Positions 1 through 13,000 of a stretch of 64,000 nt of DNA are shown here, one piece after another. Made by a program: the position numbers and the translations under genes. Position 1 is the stretch's first letter, and every line of letters begins with the position of its first letter. The stretch is from Owenia fusiformis (lineage: Eukaryota): the NCBI GenBank assembly GCA_903813345.2, contig CAIIXF020000001.1, forward strand, positions 6,138,001 through 6,202,000, read 5' to 3'. The notes under the pieces were generated by a model that ran no database searches, had not been told where the DNA came from, and saw nothing but the letters and a program-made list of their open reading frames with translations.

Positions 1-165
1 CACCAGAACCCCCCTTGGCTACGGGCCTGTTCTTTGTGATTGTTAGGTTTTCATTATTACCTATTCACAATGCGAAAACATTTGCATATTCAAGGAAACG
101 ATACATGCATTTCGTTTTCAAGATCATGTTATGGATAACTGAAAATAGAAATAAAAGTTGCTTAC

Positions 166-3100
166 TTGGACATTCGTCTGTGTTGCAGTCATCACTTTCT
201 GTTTCACTTAACTGACGAGTTTCCCCATCAGCAGCCAAACAAGCATCTCCACCATGATCAGGTGCTGGATTGTCACATAACCTAGAACGTGTCTTTGTAC
301 CTCCACCACACGTGTTAGTGCAAGAGCCAAATGCTGACCAGTCACTCCATGCTCCATCGACTGTTTTGAAAACAAACATCATAAATGAATGGCATTGATA
401 ATATTTTGTTATATAAATTATATTTACAAAAATGCTGAACAATCAACCGATCCTTTGTTGACTGTTTTGGAAAGAAACTTCAGAAATGAATAGAGTAAAT
501 CATCTTTTTAATTGCTTCGTTCTATTATTTAATCTATTTAAAACTATTCGAGGGGTGATCAATAAGTAATGGACGTTTTTTACACATATACTTCTATAGA
601 CCAATCCCTTTGATTTTCCTACCAGTGATACATTATTCAATTATCTATCAATTACTCAGATGCGAGTATGTAGTTACCAGTTTCGCCACCAGGTGGCTGA
701 TTCGGGGGAATTAACATAGCAGGGTATTACAAAAGTCCCTTAAACTTGAATATGCATCAGTTTTAGTGGTTCACTTTTCATATTACCATTATGTATCTAA
801 TAGTTATACAAATTAAAGAAAATATTATCTGCTCTACATAAGAAAAAATAGTTCACTTTTTGTGGTTTTACAACATGGGGTCTATGGGGAATCTCCCCGA
901 CCTAGAAGTCACATTTTCAAAGAAAATTAAATTTTCAGAGTTGATTAGCTCTTTTCAAAACCACATTTCTAAATGTAATTTTACATGTACATTCCAAATA
1001 TGACATCAGTTTGACTGAATTGTGAATTTTTATGACGTAAATCAAGATTATTTCTACTCGCATCTGGGACATTCTGAAATTTTGAAGACAAAATATATAA
1101 TACATGTTGATATATCCTTATTTCCGTGAAGGAGGTACAGGTACCCCGGGGCCGACATTTACGTCACATATTCAGATTTTAGCCAGTTTGGTAAATTTCA
1201 GTTAGATTTGAACTTTTTATATGCAACAAGTGTTGTGTTGTTTGAATTTTTTTGCTGACTGGTAACACATAAACAGAAAGTATTGTGATGTCAGAGTGTT
1301 GTATGGAAGGGGTTTGCAGGTCAATTTGAGAAAGCATTTTGGAAGAAAGGGGTGGTGAGAAAAGGAAACACTCTACTCCATATGGACAATGCACCTGCCC
1401 ACAGATCTCAAAATGTTCAGAAAACAATATCCCTGGACCTCAAAATTGAGCCCTTGGCCAATGCACCATATTGTCCATATCTGCTCACATGTGACTTGTT
1501 TATTTCTATACTACTTATTTCTATAGAGAAAGGACGCAGGTTTATTGCTATTGATGAAATAAAACAACCTGTGCAACTGCATCTTGCTACCATGTCAGAG
1601 AATGGCTTCAGCCTTGTCTCACAATCTTGAGTTAAGAGGATGAGGAATTGTGTACATGTAGCACTTGATGGAACCTATTTAGAGGGCCCTGTGAAATGAA
1701 TGTGGCATGAATACCACATAGTGATGATAAAATATTCAAAATCAACTATGGCATAACAAAATGGGGTAATTCATGACCATAATGGTTTGTTTTGTTCAGC
1801 CTGTATTCAACTGCATTGCATGTTAAACAAAAAACGGAGACCATAACAATATGTCACCACTTTTGGTGGTGACATAATAAGCTAAAATAGCTTCAGAATA
1901 TGTGACGTAAATGTCGGTCCCGGGGTACCAGTACCTCCTTCACGGAAATAAGGATATATCAACATGTATTATATATTTTGTTTCCAAATCTTCAGAGTTG
2001 ATAGATAATTGAATGATGTATCACTGGTAAGAAAATCTAAGGGATTGGTCTATTAAAAGCATATGAGTAAAAAAGTGTCCATTACTTATTGATCACCCCT
2101 CGTACATTGACATATTTAAGGAAACGATACATACATTTCGCTTTTGAAAACCTCTTCTGGATAATTTTGAATATTTGTTAATTAAAATCGCTTACTCGGA
2201 CATTCATCTGTGTTGCAGTCATCACTTTCTGTTTCACTTAACTGACGAGTTTCTCCATCAGCAGCCAAACAAGTATCTCCACCATGATCAGGGGCTGGAT
2301 TGTCACATGACCTAGAACGTGTCTTTGTACCTCCACCGCACGTGTTAGAGCAGGAACCGAATTCTGACCATTCACTCCATCCTCCACTGACTGTTTTGAA
2401 AACAAACATGATAAATGAATAGTATTGATACCTATTCACAATGCGAAAACATTTGCATATTCAAGGAAACGATACATGCATTTCGTTTTCAAGATCATGT
2501 TATGGATAACTAAAAATAGAAATAAAAGTTGCTTACTTGGACATTCGTCTGTGTTGCAGTCATCACTTTCTGTTTCACTTAACTGACGAGTTTCCCCATC
2601 AGCAGCCAAACAAGCATCTCCACCATGATCAGGTGCTGGATTGTCACATAACCTAGAACGTGTCTTTGTACCTCCACCACACGTGTTAGTGCAAGAGCCA
2701 AATGCTGACCAGTCACTCCATGCTCCATCGACTGTTTTGAAAACAAACATCATAAATGAATGGCATTGATAATATTTTGTTATATAAATAAATTTACAAA
2801 AATGCTGAGCAATCACTCGATCCTTCGTTGACTGTTTTGGAAAGAAACATCAGAAATTAATAGAGTGAATCATCATTTTAATTGATTCGTTCTATTATTT
2901 AATCTATTTAAAACTATACATTGACATATTTGAGGAAACGATACATACATTTCCCTTTTGAAAACCTCTTATGGATACTTTTGAATATATGTTTATCAAA
3001 ATCGCTTACTTGGACATTCATCTGTGTTGCAGTCATCACTTTCTGTTTCACTTAACTGACGAGTTTCTCCATCAGCAGCCAAACAAGCATCTCCACCATA

Positions 3101-6100
3101 TTCAGGTGCTGGATTGTCACATGACCTAGAACGTGTCTTTGTACCTCCACCGCACGTGCTAGAGCAGGAACCAAATTCTGACCATTCACTCCATCCTCCA
3201 TTGACTGTTTTGAAAACAAACATGATAATTGAATAGTATTGATAATATTTTTAATCATATAAATTATATTTACAAAAATGCTGAGCAATCACTCGATCCT
3301 TTGTTGACTGTTTTGGAAAGAAACATCAGCAATTAATAGAGTGAATCATCTTTTTGATTGCTTCGTTCTATTATTTAATCTATTTAAAACTATACATTGA
3401 CATATTTGAGGAAACGTTACATACATTTCCCTTTTGAAAACCTCTTATGGATACTTTTGAATATATGTTTATCAAAATCGCTTACTTGGACATTCATCTG
3501 TGTTGCAGTCATCACTTTCTGTTTCACTTAACTGACGAGTTTCCCCATCAGCAGCCAAACAAGCATCTCCACCATATTCAGGTGCTGGACTGTCACATGA
3601 CCTAGAACGTGTCTTTGTACCTCCACCGCACGTGTTAGTGCAAGAACCGAATTCTGACCATTCACTCCATCCTCCACTGACTGTTTTGAAAACAAACATG
3701 ATAAATGAATAGTATTGATAATATTCTTGATTATATAAATTATGTTTAGAAAAATGCTGAGCAATCACCCCAACCACCGTAAATTGGGCATATCATCCAG
3801 TTATGTTGATGGTTTATCAATATATGAAATAAATATTCAGTATCAATGATTTGCGATCATCCAATTACTTTTTAAATTCATCGTTTTTAAATCAAAACGT
3901 AAAACATGTTCTATCAAGGCTTGGTAATTGTAGAAGTTATCTTACTTTCGGAAAGCCTCAAACAACATCCTTATCCATCCAACATCCTACGATATTTGTA
4001 CAGATTATACCACAATTTCGACAGTTAATCAATACAGAACTTTAATTAAACAAATTCGCACGGATATACACTCCCCTCCATAAGTTTGGCAACCTTTTCC
4101 CCCCATTGAACTACGTGTTAAAGCCTCTTTACGTTTGAATTTTTATTTACTTAACCGGCGATGAAATAACTTATAATATTGATGGAAACGTAACTTGACT
4201 TTATTTCCAATACCTCCAAATTTTCTCAATTTTTTCCCTCAATTACAATAGGTCGAAAATTGATGATAAATTTGATGAATTTTTGAAAATCGTCATTCCC
4301 ATGTAATCCAATGGGAAATGAAGGGTTCGGAGCAAATCAGAAATCAGGATATCTTTTCAGTAAAAGATTCAGCAAAAAATATTTTTATATAGAAAATTGA
4401 ATTGTCTAACTTTTTTGAACACTAAGTGTTTAGTTTATTTGATGAATATTAAAGTTACAGCGCTTCAAAGTCATTTTTGAAAACAATTTTTCGCCTCCTG
4501 TGTTATTTCAATGGGAGAGGTTTTTTGAAAAACAATTTTGACTTTAAAGCCCTATAACTTTGTTGAACCTGAAGAAACATATCAATTTTTTGTTAAATAA
4601 AGTTAGCAAATTCAATTGCCTGCCTAACTCGTATTTTTTTGCAAGGACTCGGATGGATGGATATTCTGTCATATGACTTGCGGCAAACCTACCATTTCCC
4701 ATTGGTTAACATTGGAATGTCGATTTTCAAAAATTCATCAAATTTATCATCAATTGTCGACCTATTGTAATTGAGGAAAAATATTGAGAAAACTTGGAGG
4801 TATTGGAATTAAAGTCAAATTACGTTTCCACCAATAGTATAAGTATTTTCATCGCCTGTTAGGTAAATAAAAATTCAAAGGTGAAGAGGCTTTAACACGC
4901 AGTTCAATGGGGGAAAAAGGTTGCCAAACTTATGGAGGGGAGTGTATATCATATACCACTCTGGAGCAATTTGTACAACCACCACAAAGACATTAACCCA
5001 TTGATATTCACATTCCCCTTCTCCCTTGCATACAGTGTTTGAATAGACCAATGGAAAGCCGTGATATCTTACCCCCGGGATCTTACCTGGGGGTCATTCA
5101 AGCCACATTGTAACGTTTTTTTCATTTCTCATTTATTCCATATATAATATATAAAATACAATACAACATTATTGCCTACGTTTTTCAATTGTAACATCAT
5201 AATGTTGATGCCAAATATTGACTCTATCGATTTAATATCTTAAAGATATTTTAAAAAGGACAATTGTACTGTACAATATACCACTGTTTCTTATGTTAAG
5301 TATTATACATACTTGGGCACGCGTTAGTATTACAGGACTGATCTGAGAATGAATCTCCCGTGCATGTCGCGCCTGTGCCACTTGGAGGTGGATTGTCACA
5401 TGTTCGTGTTTTTCTCATTGTTCCTCCACCACACGTCACGGAGCAATCACCAAAGCTACTCCAATCACTCCAAACTCCATTCACTAAAATAAGTCGATTA
5501 ACAAAGTAGGCTCAGGTATTACATTTTGCTGCAAAATAAATAATAAATATTATTTATATTGCCTCTGATTTTTCAAAATTCAATAACTCATTGACAGCAA
5601 TTCTGAATTTCTCTGCATATTTATCCTTTTTTAAAGTAAACCCACGTCGAATAATGAAATACTTAGATATTCAATTATGTTTATTTATTTTATTCCAGCA
5701 TTCATAAAAATGAATAAAACAAGCGAGCATCAAAATCTCTCTGGAATTATTTTTGATGACTTCATGGTTAAATAACAAAGAAAATTGTGCAAAAAACTTC
5801 TCATTTACCATTTCCTAACATGGATATGTAAGGGAAGGGTAAATTGGAGTTGAATTTCAAAAAGCCATATTTTCCACCCTATTGTATAATATTTTAAAAT
5901 ACTTTTAAGAATTCGGAACTGAATTTCCCAGAATATGTTCAGTATAATACAAAATGTTGTTTTGATAATATACTTTGCACAGAAGAACATGTAAACATGG
6001 AAAAGGGTTGACAAACGATGTGTTAGGGTGTACAGTGTACCTTCAATCGCTAAAGGTTCTACATAATATGGTGAGTTTTCCACCCAGCAATCACAAGTAA

Positions 6101-8599
6101 ACGTTGTCACTGTTCCACTTTGACGGTCAGTCACCTGAGCCTACAATTAAAGATATCAAATCGAAATGTTTTTGCCGATTCAAATGAATTTCGCTAATTA
6201 GATTCATATTTTCACCATATTACAATACTTGGCAAAACCTACCATTGCAAACTTCCAACCCGCACTATTGCCAGCGTTATCATGTCCTATGCGTATTTTA
6301 GTTATGACACCATAATCAACACCCGTGTCCATCGAGTAGGCTCCAACACTGAAATAAGGATGCACTTTGACCACGTCAGTACTTCTGTATTGTCATAACA
6401 GGTGAGAAATGACCCGGAAGTTTTTTAACACTAGAAAACTGAGTAGCAAATACAACCGAACAAAACATATTTTGATAATGTGGCCATCTTGAAAATTTCT
6501 TCTTGAACAGAGCATATCAGGATATAAAATCTGAACCGAATTCCCCTACTAATATAGTATTTGAGTTGACAAAGATTATATTTTTCCGAAAAATGGTGAC
6601 CATTTTCAAATTTACCTGACATTTTTGTCCCTCGGAATCAGCATAACATTTGAACTGAACCCGTCAACTGGTTTTTGAGTTATCAAAGATTATATTTTTG
6701 TCCACAAAATGGCGGCCTTCCTGAGCAGGGCTCATTTGTCCCTATGTAGCAGCATATAGAATTTGAACCAAATCCGTCAACTAGTATTTGATAGTTATCC
6801 AGAGGGGGAGACACACCAGGGTTCAAAGATGACATACGCTTATAATGTAAATCTGTATTGAGATGACACGGTCGCTGATTGGTCAAAAGTCGACAAACAA
6901 ATGACGTCATCAATGGCGGTTTCAAAATTTTCGAAATACGCTTCGAATAATATTATGTTCATTTCTGGCGTGTTAACCAATATCATAGCTTCTCATTTCA
7001 CATCAAGATAAAGAAAGGTATACGGAATATGCCTATATCAATTATAACATCCCATCGAAGTGTAGTATTTGATAACTAGCCGATGAAAATTCGAACGAAC
7101 GAAGGTGGTAAGCAAGAGAGGTAATTATGTCTGTCATCTTGAAACTCTGGGGCTTTCCCTCCTCTTATAGTTATCTGAGTTATCGCCCGGATACACGGAC
7201 GGATATATCCCTCTCGAACTTCGTTTGGTGGGATGATAAGAGAGTATGGTAAACATATTTTTACAGGGTGGTTCAAAAATGAGTATAGCCTTCTTTCAGC
7301 ACTCTCTTAATATTACTCTTAGTATTGCTCAATATGATTATCCCTCTGGAATTTTTTTTAATTTCTGATAAAATGGTGCATTACAAACCACAAATAAATC
7401 ACAATCTGTCTATTCAGCATAGATTGTACCACAGGTAAACATTTAAGTTGGTGTGATTTATTCAAAATGCAAGAATATGAACAAGTACACATCATTCATT
7501 CCTACTATCATTGTTTTAGCTGAGACAGAATCATTTTATTGGAAACTGAATTGAATCCATCCAGTAGTTTATGTCATAGACGACCAAAACTCCGAGGATT
7601 GTAAAAACTTTAATATAAAGATGTATTACTCTCTTTGGACCACCCTGTATCATTGAGTAAAATTGAACCTTATTTAAAGGATTTTGAAAAAACTGTAACA
7701 AATTTAAATTACACTTATTTCAATGCTAGAAACATTCTCATTACCTCCCCCTTTCAAAGTCATTAATAGGCGAGTCCAATATCAAGCTACCCGAAGTGCC
7801 CGTATGTCCATAAAGAATAACGAAGACATTGGCATCGGTACCAGCCCACCAGACATCGCTCGTCCACACCCAAACTTCATAGCCAACTTTGATGAAATTA
7901 AATAATACATGCAATTACGACACTTTTGATAGCAGGAGTGCAAAGGTGGTGGGAACTGTAGGTTGAAATAAAATAAAGCCTTGAACAGACCGCTTATGGT
8001 GTGGTAAGCATTTTAGAGCACCTGTAGGCAAGAACATTTGAGAAAAGATAAATGGTTGTAAATTCAAATATTTACAATTGCACATCGTGCTATAAAATTG
8101 TATTGTGTGCTGATTTTATTTCAATTTAATTACAAATTCATATGAAGCTGCGTGTTCATACATAACATAAAATGCATCAATTATTTAGTATAATAAAAAG
8201 ATAGATTGTTAATGTCAAACATTTCTGACAAACACATTAACATACCAGTTGCAGATGAGCCCCGCACAAATATGGCAATACACAAAGCCAGAGCTGTAAC
8301 AAGAACTTTTGGAAACCTAGCAAAAAAGGAATATACAATGTATGTTCAATGTATAAATGATGGTAAACATCTCGTTGATTCCTTACTTGCGAAAAGTGGA
8401 TACATTTAAAAATCGACATGCTCTTATTATCGTACATCATGATCAATTCAGCAGTATTTTCACAAAGTATATTACAAAAGTATTACAAAAGTTTAATTTT
8501 CAATAAATTATTCATACATAACAACAGTTCAATTATTTATGTTATTTGTGTTCAAAGCATCAACGTACGAAATAAAAAGGTGAAAAGATGTACTTACAT
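166..8599 (-). CDS. Secreted PLAT/LH2 + tandem TSP1-repeat protein (3'-partial, continues off the window start)
   Basis: Phase-consistent GT-AG exons on the minus strand: 8598-8599 (AT), 8246-8316 (signal peptide [24 protein letters not shown]), 7745-7886 ([47 protein letters not shown]), 6243-6348 (..[19 protein letters not shown]), 6041-6140 ([19 protein letters not shown]..). The last three together match the PLAT/LH2 pattern. They are followed by phase-1 TSP1 exons 5313-5483, 3486-3680, 3010-3204, 2537-2731, 2196-2390 and 166-360 (WSxWSxFGxCxxTCGGGT..R.R.CDNP). Confidence 0.9.
657..1066 (+). mobile_element. ~410-bp non-autonomous element (CAGATGCGAGTA..TACTCGCATCTG) nested in the mariner left TIR
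   Basis: Short inverted termini. Reverse-orientation copy at 28665-29087 and a partial copy at ~18455-18597. Confidence 0.8.
1352..1630 (+). pseudogene. Mariner transposase C-terminal remnant
   Basis: DNAPAH and a degenerate YSPDLAPCDF motif. No intact upstream ORF. Confidence 0.8.
4069..4944. mobile_element. Tc1/mariner-type MITE (CACTCCCCTCCATAAGTTTGGCAACC TIR, TA TSD), copy 1
   Basis: Long inverted repeats flanked by TA on both sides. Near-identical copy at 54688-55561. Confidence 0.9.
7264..7647. mobile_element. Tc1/mariner-type MITE (CAGGGTGG termini, TA TSD)
   Basis: TA-CAGGGTGGTTCAAAAATGAGTA ... TACTCTCTTTGGACCACCCTG-TA. Confidence 0.7.
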
Positions 8600-8720
8600 C
8601 AGGATATACAGTTATTCTTTATAGAACGATCTACTGGAAGAAAACTATCAGAAACAATTAACAACTGCTCCATACGCGCCTTGCTGTCCTCCATGAACCC
8701 ATCTTTCGCACATTACATTG

Positions 8721-8727
8721 ATATATA
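8721..8727 (-). promoter_or_regulatory. Candidate TATA box of the PLAT-TSP1 gene
   Basis: Minus-strand TATATAT ~120 nt upstream of the split ATG. Position is plausible but untested. Confidence 0.3.
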
Positions 8728-10098
8728 ACAATTCCTTCTACGCACAAAGGTGCCCAAAAGTGGTCTATGAATAATCACTTCCGAAATAAATAATACACAC
8801 ATAATGCCATTGCAAAATAGAAATGTTTTTAGTTTGTATTAGAAGTACATTCAAATCTATAGTCATTGATCTTGGTCAAATACTGGAGATTATCTTATTA
8901 TACAAAATCCTACTCTGTAAATGACTGGATAAATAGAAACTATTGAGAAGTTAACGAAATAGGATTATCAGCCGATTGTTTGTCAGAGAATGTGACTCAG
9001 TATTTTGAGTTATTCCAAATTTCCAAACCAAAGCTGGAAAATTCAAAATGCGGTGCTGTAGAATGATTATATGACGGGTTTTATATATATTGTGTACACT
9101 TTCCAAAGTTTTTATATTAATTCATTTTCATATTCACAAAACAGAGGCTTAACTTTCCAGTTTCTTTCATGTGTGTCTATATTGACCTCATGACACCCAT
9201 GAGAGAAACTGGAAATCTCTAAAACCAAAATATTATGACTGTATTTTTGTATGCCCGCGGTGCTAGTGAATTGCGTCACATTTTAATAAGGTTTTCCCCA
9301 GTTATCACTAAAAGAACAATAAGTCATGCAGTGCAAATTAGATCGATGCTCATGTGTTTTCAAGAGAAATAGCTCAGCCAAGCGCACCTACACTTACATA
9401 ATTCTTTTGAAAGATACCACGGTGTATTGCAGTGGATCTCCTGCGTTGCACTAGGAACGAACAGACGCGGTTGGCACACGCGAGCAGCCGACAGCGTAAT
9501 AAGTTGTTTTAAGTGCACTTGGATGAACTGCTTTTGTTGAAAACGTGTGAGCATATTATTTGCAACGTATGGTCTCATTTTTCTTTTTTGTGCGGGTAGT
9601 CCAAAAAACGCAACCCTGATATTTATTGTTTTTGTTGTTTTTTGGTTCCATAGCAACGGCGATTCTAGATCAAGACTCGTAAATGGGTAATCCTAGACAG
9701 TCAGGTTGGTATTTAAGTTATTTTGGGTGGTTCATAGCCGCTGCTTATACTTATCAATTTAAAAATATCGGACACTTCTCAAAAATCAGACTTTTCTATT
9801 TTTATAGTGTCGTTAATCTTCGAATATTAGAAAAACAGTCCATAGTTAGACTAGTTAATAATTGGTATAAATATATCGGTGTGGCTTTGACGCAACCAAT
9901 TACAAGCTGCTATGTGACGACGAATCGCCGATGCCATTAATCATCAGAAATAGATGCGAATTATCTATTCGAGTTCACTATACACTTATTAATATGAAGT
10001 TGATTCGATTTATTTGAGCAAAGTTCGTAAATCGATCTAAAATACTTTGCCCTGGGTTCACTAGTTTTATTGTAGGCAGATCGGAGGCAGAAAGCATC

Positions 10099-13000
10099 AT
10101 GTCTATTACTATTGAGGTAAAAAAACGTTTTCATCTGTTCGTTTGGTTTTTAAATTAATGTTATTTAATAAGATCTGGTGGATAAATGAGCTTTTAAAAC
10201 ATAGCATAGATTTTAAGATGATTCTTGGAACCTCACCATACGAATCCAACGTCCAATACTACTTTTCAAAAGGCCTACCGGGGAAGAGAGGGGTGGTAAA
10301 ATCTCGACAATCGCATTTGATACGGCGACTGTGCGATCTATTATTTCTACGGCCAATAGCAATTCTACGTCTGCCTAAAACATTATACGGTCAAATACTT
10401 TAACAGTTACATTTACTACGGTACCAGCCGTATGGAGCATTTTGATTTTGTGGAGACTACAGTTACCTGTTAAATGACGACCCACGGTCGCCATATTATT
10501 AAAATGTCTCTCTTTGTTTTTTCAAGGCAGCAGCTCCAAAGGTGCCGGAACTTAGGAAGGCGTTCACTTACAAGTATTCTAGTAAGTTTTTCGCTAGCTT
10601 ATAGACAATTCGATGTTAGAGTGACGATGCAAACCAATTAAAATTCGTAATTAGATCCATTTCAATTACGTTTATGGACAATCAAAAGGAATCACAATGA
10701 ATCTCAATAACATTTCGAAGATAAGCACAATTTTAGAATAAAACATTAATCCCATACACTTTAATAAAGGGTGCCAAAATAACTAGTAATGCATGTTATG
10801 TTCTTTCTATAATGTTAAGTAGTAAGTCGTGACCTGTCATAATGCACAAATAATTAGACATCTTTCTGTAAGTGACAAGTTATTTCCTATCATATAATAA
10901 TACTGTAATGCACAAAGAATCTGTCAGTCATGATCTTACCAAGGGCGTTACAATACCCGGGAATTTATCGGTTCGTCCAGTACTTGTTTGTGATAGCGCC
11001 CTCTGTAGGTCACTGTGCTTATAGCCTACAGTAATACGGGGTAGGATATCGGGAATTCGGTCAGTTTCTATCCGTCGATTTCGCTATGAATTGAAGCAAG
11101 TGTGACCACTTTATCCACTTAAACAATTTGATAATTGATTAAATCTTTAAACAAAATCGATAAACACGTTATACACTTCCTATCTCCTTAGAAATTAGCA
11201 TGTATTTATGGATTGTGTTTTCGAACAAGGCTCGACCCACCCCAATAGGGAAATCCTTATGCTAATTAGTATGACGTCATATTTTCCTGGGGAATCCTAG
11301 ATTTCAAAGCCTCAGTCTGTTATTGTGTCAAATGTAAACGCTCTTGGGACGCTCTTTTGCAGACAGAAAATTGACAGATTAGCTTTTAACTTTCAGCTTT
11401 GATGTTAAAATATTCTGTATTTCTACCGGACTTCTTGCTGAATATCATATAATGTTATAACTTGATTTGGACCATTGCCTGATTGATCATTCTGAAATTT
11501 TGATTGTGATTCATGATTGATTGGCAAGAAAAAAGAATTCCTATTGTTTTCCAGCGAAGTCAAAATGTTACAGCATGAGTTATAATGTCGAGTTTGCATC
11601 ATGTTAAATTCTGCTAGTGATTAGAAGTCCATGCACAAGCATACACATAAGAGACAAACACACCCAGGCTCCAGGCCGTGGATGGAAATATAAAACTATT
11701 TAAGGCACAAACTGGTATTAATAGACCGATATGTAGTGTCTGCCATGTATTGAAGGTAAACCAATCTGTATTATTAATGTTTCTTCTATCAATACATGGA
11801 TTGTGCAATAGAAAAGCAATGGCACAATCAAAAATGTGCATATCAATCGTGAATATCTCTCGGTTCAAAGCTTATTTCCAACAGAATCGTGTCAAAATAT
11901 GTGTCTGAGTAACAGTTATACATTATAAGATCGCAAACTCTTACCAATTATCAGCCGAATGGCTCATTTTCAACGAAATGTCCTTAAGACAACAGCCCTG
12001 GGTCGCGCCTGAGACCAAAAACTACTTCAAATAGCCCTCCCCTAATTATATTGGATAATCACATTTATGCGTGCGCGCGCAGCTCATCCAATGAACGAAA
12101 CGCCACTTCCCGCTGAAATCACCGGGTATTGATCTTTCCCTTGATCTTACAGTAATGCACAAATAAACAGTCATGATCTTTCTGTAATGCACAAATAAAC
12201 AGTCTTGATCTTACTGTAATGCACAAATAAACAGTCATGATCTTACTGAAATGCACAAATAAACAGTCATGATCTTACTTTAATGTACAAATAATCTGTC
12301 AGTCATGATCTTACAGTAATGCACATATAATCAGTCTTGATCTTAGTGTAACGCAGATACACTGGTGATCCGCTCGATTACGCTGGTTACAGAAACGAAA
12401 CGCATGAAACAAGGAAAGAGAAAAATCGTACCTTCGACGTTCCAACATTTTGTTACCAAAACGAACCGTGTCGGTAACCGGCGAAATCGAGCGGATCACC
12501 AGTGACATAGTTAGTTGTGATTTTACTGTAACCAACCGTATGCAAGTGACAACACAATCCATGCAACATGCAACGAAATGTATGAATCAACCAATTTCCT
12601 TTTTTCTCTTGTAGACAATATCAAGACTGGCGTGTACGACCCACGTGATGTTAACAGGATAGAGACTGATGATGCTTATTGCCGATGTTTCCTCCGCACC
12701 CTAACGTCAAAAGGTGACGTTGAAAAAGCACTTCCGGTCATGGACGAGTGTCTTAAGTTCAGAAAAGAGTGGGAAATTAACGGTGAACAGATTTATTATA
12801 TTAAAGTTTAATTCTAGATTAAAAAATTACTTTGCGATTTGCAAGGAAATGATTTAAGTTTTATACCCAAATTATATGAAAAGCGATCTGCGAAACTTTA
12901 CTGGTTATCGCTTTCTCGATTTCATATCAAATTACATTCATGAAAAATGTTTGCGTTTTAGATCTGAATGAAAACTCGTTCCCAGCAGAAATCTGGGAGA

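Larger units (their letters stand above)
549..2102 (+). mobile_element. Decayed mariner DNA transposon with ~200-bp TIRs, in a TSP1 intron
   Basis: Termini CGAGGGGTGATCAATAAGTAATGGAC / GTCCATTACTTATTGATCACCCCTCG. Inserted at a TA: paralogous introns show the empty site aaacta-TA-cattgac. Internal ORF 1352-1630 carries mariner motifs [22 protein letters not shown] (cf. PPYSPDLAPCDF) and KGRRF. Confidence 0.88.
44..3770 (-). repeat. Tandem array of near-identical 195-nt TSP1 exons plus flanking intron sequence
   Basis: Five 195-nt exons with shared intron sequence. 44-546 is almost identical to ~2415-2917. The exons at 3010 and 3486 are 476 bp apart. Confidence 0.9.

Noticed and set aside
44-3770. 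Regularly spaced repeats as a CRISPR-like array
   Set aside because: The units are spliceosomal TSP1 exons plus introns in a eukaryotic gene, with no unique spacers and no cas genes.
65-3777. ORF-track N- and C-terminal extensions of the TSP1 ORFs (e.g. MFVFKTV.., ..SKRF) as separate small genes
   Set aside because: The extensions are intron read-through past clear AG/GT splice sites; the exons belong to one gene.
9360-9940. ORFs in the divergent promoter interval
   Set aside because: No recognisable domain and no splice context; likely chance ORFs or repeat-derived.
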